Positions 12,936 to 21,876 are shown, counted from the stretch's first letter. The stretch is 21,876 bases of DNA from Ginkgo biloba (GCA_024626585.2 JANKJI020000002.1:67864120-67885995), one strand, 5' to 3'. Made by a program: numbers and translations. Notes: generated by a model from the letters alone, not told the origin.

Positions 12936-14754
12936 TACGTATCGGAATAAGAAAGTAGAAGAGAAGAAGTTCAATGTGGAAACGGAATGTTCCTGCGACT
13001 CAATCATTGGACAAATCTCTTGTAACTTCTGACTTATTTTTTCTAAGAACAGTCCCTTCAAAGGGAGAAGGAAGGCATAAAACGCAATTTTATTCATATT
13101 GGCAATGCAAGTGTTGCCGTGCACAAGTGCGTATCAAATTATGCGATAAGATACGCAGCTTATCAATTTTTTTAATTTATAAGTCCATCAAATTAATTTT
13201 TGGTGGAATTGCTACAATTTTACCGGTGGAATAGTTTGTTNNNNNNNNNNNNNNNNNNNNNNNNNNNNNNNNNNNNNNNNNNNNNNNNNNNNNNNNNNNN
13301 NNNNNNNNNNNNNNNNNNNNNNNNNNNNNNNNNNNNNNNNGTATGGTAATTAGGTTATAAATAGCCCATAATATTTTTTGTGATAAAGGAGAACATCACT
13401 TTTATTAATAATCTATATTAGCACCTAATCTAGTATTACATAATTTATGAGTTGGTCGACCACTCATCAATTATGAAGTTATATGTGATATAATAGAAAT
13501 TGTTAGCTAAACCCAAAACTCCCACATAAGATATCATTGCCCATAAAATTCAAACAAAGAAGGTAATTTCAACCAATTCAAAACTAGATATTAATCTACC
13601 TTAGAATTACCTCCACCAAATCTTAAACATGATCATAAACATCCTCCTTTTCCTTTCCTAATTGTTCAACATTTCACCAAAATGAACAAAAAAAATGTCT
13701 ATTGAGATATGATAGATTTAAATATTAAGAAAATCAAAGGGAAAAAGTAAGGCAAGGTAATTAAGAAATAATATAAAGAGTTTCTTGATTATCATGTCTT
13801 TATTTCATCAATTTTTTATTGAAATAAATAGAGAGAGGATTAATGATTTAATTGAGGTAAATAATGAATAACTACACAAATAAGGGCATAAAGATGTCTA
13901 ATCCATATGGGATTTTGGAAAAGATGATTCAAATTTCTTAATTTAGGATCATGAACAATCAATGTTAAATTAATGACTATGCTTATAATATCTTGCATTG
14001 GTAATCTATTCAAAGATTAGAGTGTTAAATGGTTTATTACGATAATTTCCTCTATTATTTTAGACATGGGTTTCACTCTTTCCTATATATGATTGATCAA
14101 TTTGACTTGTTGATTCTTTATTTGGGGGTTTTATTAGCCATTGGTAAAACATTAAAAACTTTAAAATTCTTTCCAACAACAGTTAAAAATATGAAATGAT
14201 TATTTGCACACTCTTCTCTGCTTGCTTGAACTTGATTATTAAATTCCTTATTTAATATTAATGAAGAGAAGAAATTATAAATATGTTAGATAAAAATTCT
14301 AACTCTTTATCTCTCATAATAATCTAGTGTAAAATGCCCCTTGTTATAGCCAATCACTAAGTATATGAGTGTAGTAAACAAACAACAATAACAATCACAT
14401 CACTTTTCAAGATCTCTTTTCTTCTAAATACAAACAACTTTATGAATCATTTGTGTATTTCGTAGGCCTATTAAATGTTTAAATAGAAAAATACCATACC
14501 AAACTATAGTTGATCTTTTTCTATTTTTGTTGCATAGAAAAAATAAATTTCATAAAATCACAAAATAATAAATTTAGGTTATGTTAATTTTAGGGGTATG
14601 AAGACATAAAAAATATTAGAACAATATTAGGCAATTAGCATAACACATTTTTAGTGAACAAAATTTGAGTCTATGCTACTAAAAAGTTCCTTTTATTTTC
14701 AATTGCACATGTGTTTCTTAAATAAATGACTTGATGAATGCATGTTAATGTTGA

Positions 14755-14838
14755 TGGAATATTTCTATCTTTTGCAACCAAGTCTTTTGTTGCTATAGGT
14801 GGAACATTTTTATCTTTTATAACCAAGTCTTTTGTTGC
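14755..14838. repeat. 45-bp imperfect tandem duplication (2 copies)
   Basis: TGGAATATTTCTATCTTTTGCAACCAAGTCTTTTGTTGC (14755) versus TGGAACATTTTTATCTTTTATAACCAAGTCTTTTGTTGC (14800). The minus strand reads ATKDLVIKDKNVPPI / ATKDLVAKDRNIPST. Confidence 0.85.
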
Positions 14839-15848
14839 ATGCATTGAGATAGAATTAATGAGTATCATTTAGGTAATGGCATATTTTTGTAGTGTGTGGG
14901 ACCCATTACATATATGTATAAAAAAAATACAATCTANNNNNNNNNNNNNNNNNNNNNNNNNNNNNNNNNNNNNNNNNNNNNNNNNNNNNNNNNNNNNNNN
15001 NNNNNNNNNNNNNNNNNNNNNNNNNNNNNNNNNNNNNNNNNNNNNNNNNNNNNNNNNNNNNNNNNNNNNNNNNNNNNNNNNNNNNNNNNNNNNNNNNNNN
15101 NNNNNNNNNNNNNNNNNNNNNNNNNNNNNNNNNNNNNNNNNNNNNNNNNNNNNNNNNNNNNNNNNNNNNNNNNNNNNNNNNNNNNNNNNNNNNNNNNNNN
15201 NNNNNNNNNNNNNNNNNNNNNNNNNNNNNNNNNNNNNNNNNNNNNNNNNNNNNNNNNNNNNNNNNNNNNNNNNNNNNNNNNNNNNNNNNNNNNNNNNNNN
15301 NNNNNNNNNNNNNNNNNNNNNNNNNNNNNNNNNNNNNNNNNNNNNNNNNNNNNNNNNNNNNNNNNNNNNNNNNNNNNNNNNNNNNNNNNNNNNNNNNNNN
15401 NNNNNNNNNNNNNNNNNNNNNNNNNNNNNNNNNNNNNNNNNNNNNNNNNNNNNNNNNNNNNNNNNNNNNNNNNNNNNNNNNNNNNNNNNNNNNNNNNNNN
15501 NNNNNNNNNNNNNNNNNNNNNNNNNNNNNNNNNNNNNNNNNNNNNNNNNNNNNNNNNNNNNNNNNNNNNNNNNNNNNNNNNNNNNNNNNNNNNNNNNNNN
15601 NNNNNNNNNNNNNNNNNNNNNNNNNNNNNNNNNNNNNNNNNNNNNNNNNNNNNNNNNNNNNNNNNNNNNNNNNNNNNNNNNNNNNNNNNNNNNNNNNNNN
15701 NNNNNNNNNNNNNNNNNNNNNNNNNNNNNNNNNNNNNNNNNNNNNNNNNNNNNNNNNNNNNNNNNNNNNNNNNNNNNNNNNNNNNNNNNNNNNNNNNNNN
15801 NNNNNNNNNTGGGAAATTCATAGTTGAAAATTTATTTCCATTTTCTAC

Positions 15849-16285
15849 TTGACCAGGGGATTTTATTCTTTCACTTTTGAAACTCTGACTATGAGATAGG
15901 AGGTGTTGCTAAGAGGTCCATGGACTTATCGAAGGAACCTTATGGTGTTGAGTCGTTGGTCTCCTAACTTCTCAATAAAAAAATGGATTCCTTCAACTAC
16001 CAATTTTGGGTTGAATTCTTGAGGCTCCCCATGTCATACTTAGAGTTCTTAAAATCCATAGTTTCTATGATTAGCACCTTCCTTTGTCATGATCCTCATA
16101 GGACTTTTAGCTTGAGGCCCATCTGGCAGGTCTATGTAGAGGTGAACCTCTCAAAGGAGCTCAAAAGTGAGTTATGTATCCAATGTAGAGATTTCACATT
16201 AATGCAATTGGTTAAGTAAATAAACATACCCAATACTTTCTTTGAATTCTATAGAACTAAGCACAAGATTAACAACTACCCTCTC
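15849..16285 (+). pseudogene. LINE ORF1 remnant (DUF4283 plus degenerate CCHC zinc knuckle)
   Basis: GFYSFTFETLTMR*EVLLRGPWTYRRNLMVLSRWSPNF; FWVEFLRLP; VEVNLSKEL; and IPNTFFEFYRTKHKINNYP, which has Cx2Cx4Hx4C spacing with the Cys codons mutated to TTC/TTC/TAC. Confidence 0.88.
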
Positions 16286-16469
16286 TTAAAAAGGAAGGAC
16301 ATCACCCAGACCTAGTAGGCTAGGTCATCCAATAATGACCCTCTATCAGATACTCGTTCACCATCCTAAACCTCTTTTGAATAAAATGGGTGCAAAAAGG
16401 TTAAGCCCAAGGGTAAACCCAACATATCAAAAAATGATGGAGTAGTAAAAATTGGCACAAGCCCACCAA

Positions 16470-17016
16470 GGCATTACTTAGGTTTTATATAAGAGCTATG
16501 AGCATTATTTTTGTTCCTAGGGAAAATCATTTGAATTCTTGCCTACCATAGAGCAATGTAGGATATTTTTTCCCACTAAACTAAATCCATCCCAAGATAA
16601 GCTCTGTGATACCCCAGTTGAATTAAGAGAGTTGTAAGGAGTGTTAGAGGAGATGCCCAAAGAGAAATTATCCAAATTAGATGGTCTCCCATGTGAATTT
16701 TATAATGTCATATTAGACTATACCAGCTCTGTCTTTCTTAAGGTTTACAAAGAAAACTTAAGTGTGGATCACTGGTACTCACAGTCAATTAAGATATTAT
16801 CAAGTTCATCCCCAAGCTAGGGGACACCAAGCTAATCACTAGTTGGAGTCTAATCACTTTGCTCAATGTTTTATATAAAATCTTAGCCAAGGCTATAACT
16901 AACAAAATAAAGTTTATTTTCTACATAGTCGTCAGGCCAGAGAAACTTGACTTTGTTAAGGGTGGGTGCATCCTCAACAATCTTATTGGAGTCTAGGAGG
17001 GTATGGAATGGGCCAC
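16470..17016 (+). pseudogene. LINE ORF2 reverse transcriptase N-terminal remnant
   Basis: LEEMPKEKLSKLDGLPCEFY (KSPGPDG..EFY motif); IKFIPKLGD...SWSLITLLNVLYKILAKAI (WRPITLLN..YKILAK); RPEKLDFVKGGCILNN...EGMEWA (Q.GFV.GR.ILDN). Confidence 0.93.
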
Positions 17017-19423
17017 NNNNNNNNNNNNNNNNNNNNNNNNNNNNNNNNNNNNNNNNNNNNNNNNNNNNNNNNNNNNNNNNNNNNNNNNNNNNNNNNNNNN
17101 NNNNNNNNNNNNNNNNNNNNNNNNNNNNNNNNNNNNNNNNNNNNNNNNNNNNNNNNNNNNNNNNNNNNNNNNNNNNNNNNNNNNNNNNNNNNNNNNNNNN
17201 NNNNNNNNNNNNNNNNNNNNNNNNNNNNNNNNNNNNNNNNNNNNNNNNNNNNNNNNNNNNNNNNNNNNNNNNNNNNNNNNNNNNNNNNNNNNNNNNNNNN
17301 NNNNNNNNNNNNNNNNNNNNNNNNNNNNNNNNNNNNNNNNNNNNNNNNNNNNNNNNNNNNNNNNNNNNNNNNNNNNNNNNNNNNNNNNNNNNNNNNNNNN
17401 NNNNNNNNNNNNNNNNNNNNNNNNNNNNNNNNNNNNNNNNNNNNNNNNNNNNNNNNNNNNNNNNNNNNNNNNNNNNNNNNNNNNNNNNNNNNNNNNNNNN
17501 NNNNNNNNNNNNNNNNNNNNNNNNNNNNNNNNNNNNNNNNNNNNNNNNNNNNNNNNNNNNNNNNNNNNNNNNNNNNNNNNNNNNNNNNNNNNNNNNNNNN
17601 NNNNNNNNNNNNNNNNNNNNNNNNNNNNNNNNNNNNNNNNNNNNNNNNNNNNNNNNNNNNNNNNNNNNNNNNNNNNNNNNNNNNNNNNNNNNNNNNNNNN
17701 NNNNNNNNNNNNNNNNNNNNNNNNNNNNNNNNNNNNNNNNNNNNNNNNNNNNNNNNNNNNNNNNNNNNNNNNNNNNNNNNNNNNNNNNNNNNNNNNNNNN
17801 NNNNNNNNNNNNNNNNNNNNNNNNNNNNNNNNNNNNNNNNNNNNNNNNNNNNNNNNNNNNNNNNNNNNNNNNNNNNNNNNNNNNNNNNNNNNNNNNNNNN
17901 NNNNNNNNNNNNNNNNNNNNNNNNNNNNNNNNNNNNNNNNNNNNNNNNNNNNNNNNNNNNNNGCATGAAAACTACTTGTTGGGAATAGCATTCAAATGTG
18001 GAGCCCATATGATAAGCATGCTTGTATTGGGATAAACTTATAAACTTTGATCCTCACCCTAGTCACAGTCAACCTGAAGGGGTAAAAAAACTTTAAGAAC
18101 ATTTGGAGTGCTTAGGAGAAATATAAGAACTTATTGGTCTAAAAATGTGAATGCCCCCCAAAAGAGTTGTCTGTCAGTTTGCAATCAATTCAATGGTCTC
18201 CGTTGATGTAATTTGAGTCTAGTTGTCTAGGAGAATGCCACTAGTTCAATGATTTAAGTCTTCATAAGAAAGGAATTAGGACCCTCTATGAATTATATTA
18301 GTGTGGGGAAGGAAATTAGAAGGATTAGATTAGTCTAAAAGAGGAATTTAAACTTCTATCTCATGATAAAATTGTATTAGAAAGAATTTCTTCCTTAATT
18401 CCAAAACACCTTGTCTTCAAAATGCTCGTCTCCCCCCCCATCCCAATGGTGGAAGGACTGGGCTTGGAATGAAGAAAATCAGATTCTCATAGTGTCAACA
18501 TCCCATATATAAAAAAAATACACTCCCTAGATCCTCTTAGCTAATTAACTCAATACCAAGTGGGCCATGAAAAGATCTAATTTCCTTTGGAACAAAATAT
18601 TTGAAATATTTGAGATCCCCCCTTGTAACCCAAAAAATATTAGCGTAGCCACCAAGGCAAGATTGACCAAAATGGGCACTAAAACTATCGATTATCCTTA
18701 TTATGGGAAGACTAAAACCATCTCTCACTTCTTTTAGTGGTGTATCTAAGCGCAATACCTATGTAAATGGATCCAATACTTTTCCTAGCATGTCTCTGTA
18801 CAGCCCTTGAGTTGGGCCTCAACTTTTTTAGGGGCGTTGGGGCCTTGGTCAACCACCTTCAGTAAGGTATGGGAAGTTCTCAAGATGTAGTTCATAGACT
18901 AGATATGAAAAGATATAAATGAGTTAGTCTTCAATATTGTTGAAACACCTCTACATATCTTGGTCACTTACCATTCTATCTCTTGTATCATGGCTAATTG
19001 TGCAATGCAAATTAAGGTGTAGGAAGATANNNNNNNNNNNNNNNNNNNNNNNNNNNNNNNNNNNNNNNNNNNNNNNNNNNNNNNNNNNNNNNNNNNNNNN
19101 NNNNNNNNNNNNNNNNNNNNNNNNNNNNNTTCAAATATATATAAAAAATTTCATATTTTTGTTATGGATACACATCAAATGGATTGCAAATCCCTTCATT
19201 GGTCCATGTGGCCATACATGCAAGATGGATGCTTGTACCAATAAAAGAATGTGTAATCCTTTTGATGTGTATCCATAGAAAAATTGTTAAATTGTCTATA
19301 ACATTTGAGAAAAAAACAAACAATTTTGTTTGTGCATGCTATTTAGTGTGGCCCACGATAACTTTCGTATATCTTTTTATAATAATAATAATAAAAAAAC
19401 ATACTTTTTTGATTTATGAATAG

Positions 19424-19585
19424 TTAGCGCCGATAGTTACTTTTTTTTTTAGCGTCGATAGTCGCTTTTTTTCAAGGAGCTCACTGGGTTGAATATGCGT
19501 TACATGAGTATAAAGGCACTATTTTTTCATTCACGGTATCCTTCATGTCTCATTAAGTACGATTCAAGGGTCATTAAGTACGATT
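19424..19585. repeat. Two short tandem duplications
   Basis: TTAGCG(C/T)CGATAGT at 19424 and 19449 (period 25); TCATTAAGTACGATT at 19550 and 19571 (period 21). Confidence 0.85.
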
Positions 19586-19759
19586 TAATCGTGTTTAGTC
19601 TCATAAAATCGAAAGATTCCACCATAACGCCAACGCGATGCCCTTTCCTTAACACTCCATAGCGATGAACGTTTTGTTTTCCTTCACCCATCACAACGAA
19701 TATGTCGTTCTTTACATGTTCTTCCAACAACGACTACAAGACACTATTGTTGTATTGAC

Positions 19760-20017
19760 GCTAAGTTGCAGAGTTTGGAAGGTAAATCTGTGCATGCTTT
19801 TTTTAATACCAGTTTCGCACAGTATTTGTATTCCTGTGTTGTTTATATAGTGCTGACAGTGTATGTGTGCATTCATTACAGTGCAAGAGAGTATCGCTGC
19901 TAAGTAGGAGACTTTCGAAGGTAAATTTATGTATGTTTTTTTTAACAGCATATATTTTCCTGTTTCGCAGACTAATTGTATTCATGGATACTGTGCATTC
20001 ATATCTATTGGTTGCAG
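19760..20017 (+). repeat. ~139-bp diverged tandem duplication of an exon-intron unit
   Basis: GCTAAGT...GAAG|GTAAAT...TTTTTTAA...GTTTCGCA...TTGTATTC...TGTGCATTCAT occurs at 19760 and 19899. Predicted introns are 19782-19881 and 19921-20017 (GT..AG), flanking a 39-nt exon at 19882-19920. Confidence 0.7.
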
Positions 20018-20317
20018 GCAGCTCAATTATAATATGTATCTGTTGAGGTCTATGCTTCATATCCTATTATAGTTTCCTAGGTCTTTCTAATTTCTTACGA
20101 CTTAGTGTTCAAAAAATTTTGCATAGAGTGTTTAAAAGTTCATGTGTTGTAGTTCTTCGTCAGTGATTTCAGAGCATCACGATAATGACAACGTGGATAT
20201 ATTTTACAATACTTGTAAAAAATGATTTACAACAGAAAGATCATAAACTATAGACTTTTGTAATAATCACCCATAGGCACTTTTTTTGTTATCCATGTGA
20301 CAGTTGTTTCGCACAGA

Positions 20318-20363
20318 AGGCACTATTTTTTCTTTCCCATAGGCACTACTTTTTCTTTCCCAT
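20318..20363. repeat. 23-bp tandem repeat (2 copies) of the AGGCACT motif family
   Basis: AGGCACTATTTTTTCTTTCCCAT followed by AGGCACTACTTTTTCTTTCCCAT; related motifs at 19514 and 20275. Confidence 0.9.
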
Positions 20364-20408
20364 ACGTAATATGTTTCCCACAGTGAGAAACCACTCTTAT
20401 GGATGCCA

Positions 20409-20990
20409 CTAACCACCATTGCATGCCACATAATAGACGGGGCATATAAAATCCATAATCTGATCTTTGCATGCCACACAATAGATGCGACCTTCGTGGA
20501 TTTCAATGATAAACTCAAAAGATATCCCAAGGCCTCTGTGTAATGGTTCAAAAATTTACTCATAATAAATTCCATTCTCTTTATATATACAGTAATTACA
20601 TTTGCCAAAATTTATGCCTCTAATAATACGCACCGTATTCATTTCCCATGTGACCACATGAATTCAATATTTGAAGTATTATCGACGGTGGAATAATAAC
20701 TCTTCGGACATGATTCCATTTTCACATGGCATTATTGCAAATGCAATCTTCAAGTCATGTCAATCTATAGTGTCCAAGGGACTGCATGTATAAGAAAATT
20801 GATCACCATTAGCAACCAAATCCCTCATATATATCAAACACCATATGAATTTACTGTTCAAAATTCCGTTTACTGTAACCACTATAATGTCGAGCGCATT
20901 ATTTGATTTGATTTTGGTGGCAGAAATTTTTAAATGATCGACCAAATGAAGCAATCGAAATCCAAAATATTAATGCAGGCATGATGCCAT
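20409..20990 (-). pseudogene. Degenerate ORF for an unknown protein with a C-terminal CxxC...H...CxxC putative zinc-binding region (copy A)
   Basis: One frame of 194 codons from ATG (20990) to TAG, with 5 internal stops (TAA/TGA) and no frameshift: ...LLFHRR*YFKY*IHVVTW...GKCNYCIYKENGIYYE*IFEPLHRGLGISFEFIIEIHEGRIYCVACKDQI. Includes listed ORF 20760-20954. Confidence 0.55.
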
Positions 20991-21027
20991 GTTTTTTCGC
21001 GAGAGGTCGCGAGTTCGAGTCTTGGAA
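20978..21027 (+). ncRNA. tRNA-Pro-like 3'-half fragment / Pol III B-box; not an intact tRNA
   Basis: GCGAGAGGTCGCGAGTTCGAGTCTTGGAA (20999-21027) differs at ~3 positions from the plant cytosolic tRNA-Pro sequence as I recall it (GCGAGAGGTCCCGAGTTCGATTCTCGGAA). GGCATGAT lies at the expected distance upstream. Anticodon arm and acceptor stem do not form. Confidence 0.45.
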
Positions 21028-21071
21028 AATACTAACTAGGCGTAAGATTTTCATGCTCTCTTAGGTTAATA

Positions 21072-21335
21072 ATGAGCATTCAGAAAGCTTCCATACTGTT
21101 AAGAAGGCATTTATTTTAACAGTTTGTTAAAAATATATGTTGGTTAGACAGTTACTGCATGATGCCAAACGTTAAGATCTGCACCAAAAAATGAAAGTCT
21201 ATGCCAAAGATGCAAATTAATATGATCCGCGGGATTTCTTTCGAATTTTACCATTCATAGAAGAACGTAAGTTCATGTAGCATTTGTAGATATGCTTTAG
21301 GATAGTTATATAAATATAACGAGTTACAATTTTAA
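21072..21335 (+). pseudogene. Degenerate small ORF paralogous to 20409-20990 (copy B)
   Basis: Single frame: MSIQKASILLRRHLF*QFVKNICWLDSYCMMPNVKICTKK*KSMPKMQINMIRGISFEFYHS*KNVSSCSICRYALG*LYKYNELQF*. Shares RRxxFxxx(I/V)xx(V/I)xW, GISFEF, H and the terminal CxxC with copy A. Confidence 0.5.
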
Positions 21336-21339
21336 CGTA

Positions 21340-21560
21340 ATGGCTAAACATTGAATGGAGTGTTCACACACAGAGCTCATTTCCAAAGTTTGTCGCAACA
21401 ATATATCTCAATGATCAATCTTTTCCAAAAAAAAGTTGTCCATACTATGCGGCAGGCCTAGTAATAACGGGATTATTGCATATGGTCATTTAATTTCTAT
21501 ACATAATTAAATGCTATTGTAAATATGAAAATACATACTCTCCATTGCAAAAATTAATAA
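21340..21560 (+). pseudogene. Possible third, more decayed paralog (copy C)
   Basis: With frameshifts: FTHRAHF/KFVATIYLNDQSFPKKSCPYY/NNGIIAYGHLISIHN*/CYCKY. This echoes F..FVxxI (copy B) and CNYC..NGI..Y and IxIH..YC (copy A). Confidence 0.25.
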
Positions 21561-21827
21561 AATTTTTAACACTTACAAACTTTATAGCACATGATCTTTA
21601 AAGTTATATAGAGAAGGCTAACATTATTAAGTATCACAAGNNNNNNNNNNNNNTAGAACAATCTATGTACGTTTACATATAATGTTTATATATAAGTTGT
21701 TGGCTTTTACAATTGGCAACTATATTTACTATACATATATATTTTACTCAATTTATTTTATTTTTTTATAGAATAAATTCTTCCATTACATTCATGCTAA
21801 CATAATTACTATCATCGTATGTTGCAG

Positions 21828-21876
21828 ATGCCTTATTCTAATGCAACCCGCCATGAGATGTTTCGTAGAAGAAGGA
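21828..21876 (+). CDS. Start of an ORF/exon running off the window (MPYSNATRHEMFRRRR...)
   Basis: Preceded by an AT-rich intron-like tract with branch point GCTAAC (21796-21801) and acceptor TTGCAG (ends 21827). Only 16 codons are visible. Confidence 0.4.
   Translation, partial: MPYSNATRHEMFRRRR

Larger units (their letters stand above)
15810..19029 (+). mobile_element. Degenerate L1-clade LINE retrotransposon
   Basis: ORF1 and ORF2 motifs occur in the correct order (see sub-features). Protein-like frames continue after the 17017-17962 gap, including VETPLHI (~18938), which resembles the C-terminal zf-RVT ET..H motif. Confidence 0.85.
19372..21876 (+). mobile_element. CpG-retaining putative mobile element, possibly the 5' part of a Helitron; runs off the window
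   Basis: A|TCTTTTTATAATAATAATAATAAAAAAAC at 19371/19372 resembles Helitron 5' TC ends. CpG content rises here, short subterminal repeats follow, and an ORF starts at the window end. No Rep/helicase motif or 3' CTRR end is visible. Confidence 0.4.

Noticed and set aside
12695-13234. Short ORFs over the CpG island
   Set aside because: They overlap on both strands with no recognisable motifs and are expected by chance in more GC-rich DNA.
13500-14340. Possible minus-strand LINE ORF1 relic (NPIWIR, DLVEVIL)
   Set aside because: The motifs are too short and need several frameshifts; not supportable by eye.
5815-18035. Long ORFs of 250-360 aa in the ORF track (5815-6790, 14876-15852, 16947-18035)
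   Set aside because: They consist almost entirely of X from N gaps and are artefacts.
19424-20390. CRISPR-like array
   Set aside because: The repeats are only pairs or irregularly spaced motifs without constant-length spacers, in a eukaryotic context with no cas genes.
20267-20608. 113-aa minus-strand ORF
   Set aside because: It overlaps copy A in a different frame and runs through the 23-bp non-coding repeats; the motif-bearing frame is the other one.
20440-20620. zf-UBP resemblance of GRIYCVACKDQIMD
   Set aside because: The other zf-UBP Cys/His ligands and any USP domain are absent; only the last CxxC is similar.
20960-21035. Functional tRNA gene
   Set aside because: No acceptor stem, A-box or anticodon stem can be formed; kept only as a fragment.

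Overview
Gap-rich draft scaffold (13 N-runs) from an AT-rich eukaryotic genome, most likely a land plant. Heavy CpG and CHG depletion with excess TAG/CTA is typical of methylated plant heterochromatin; moss-like is my inference. No intact protein-coding gene is present. The window holds: (1) a decayed, intron-containing coiled-coil gene of unknown family (~1.8-3.4 kb); (2) a degenerate Ty3/gypsy (chromovirus-type) gag-pol split by a ~4.1 kb composite insertion (4025-7176 and 11322-12185); (3) a CpG-retaining island with clustered ABRE/G-box/DRE motifs (~12.73-12.9 kb); (4) a decayed L1-clade LINE lacking its endonuclease (15.8-19.0 kb); and (5) a CpG-retaining block from ~19.37 kb to the window end. 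That last block begins like a Helitron 5' end and carries short repeated motifs, a duplicated micro-exon and a tRNA-Pro-like fragment. It also holds two or three tightly packed degenerate paralogs of an unrecognised small CxxC...H...CxxC protein, followed by the start of an Arg-rich ORF. All translations and alignments were done by eye.
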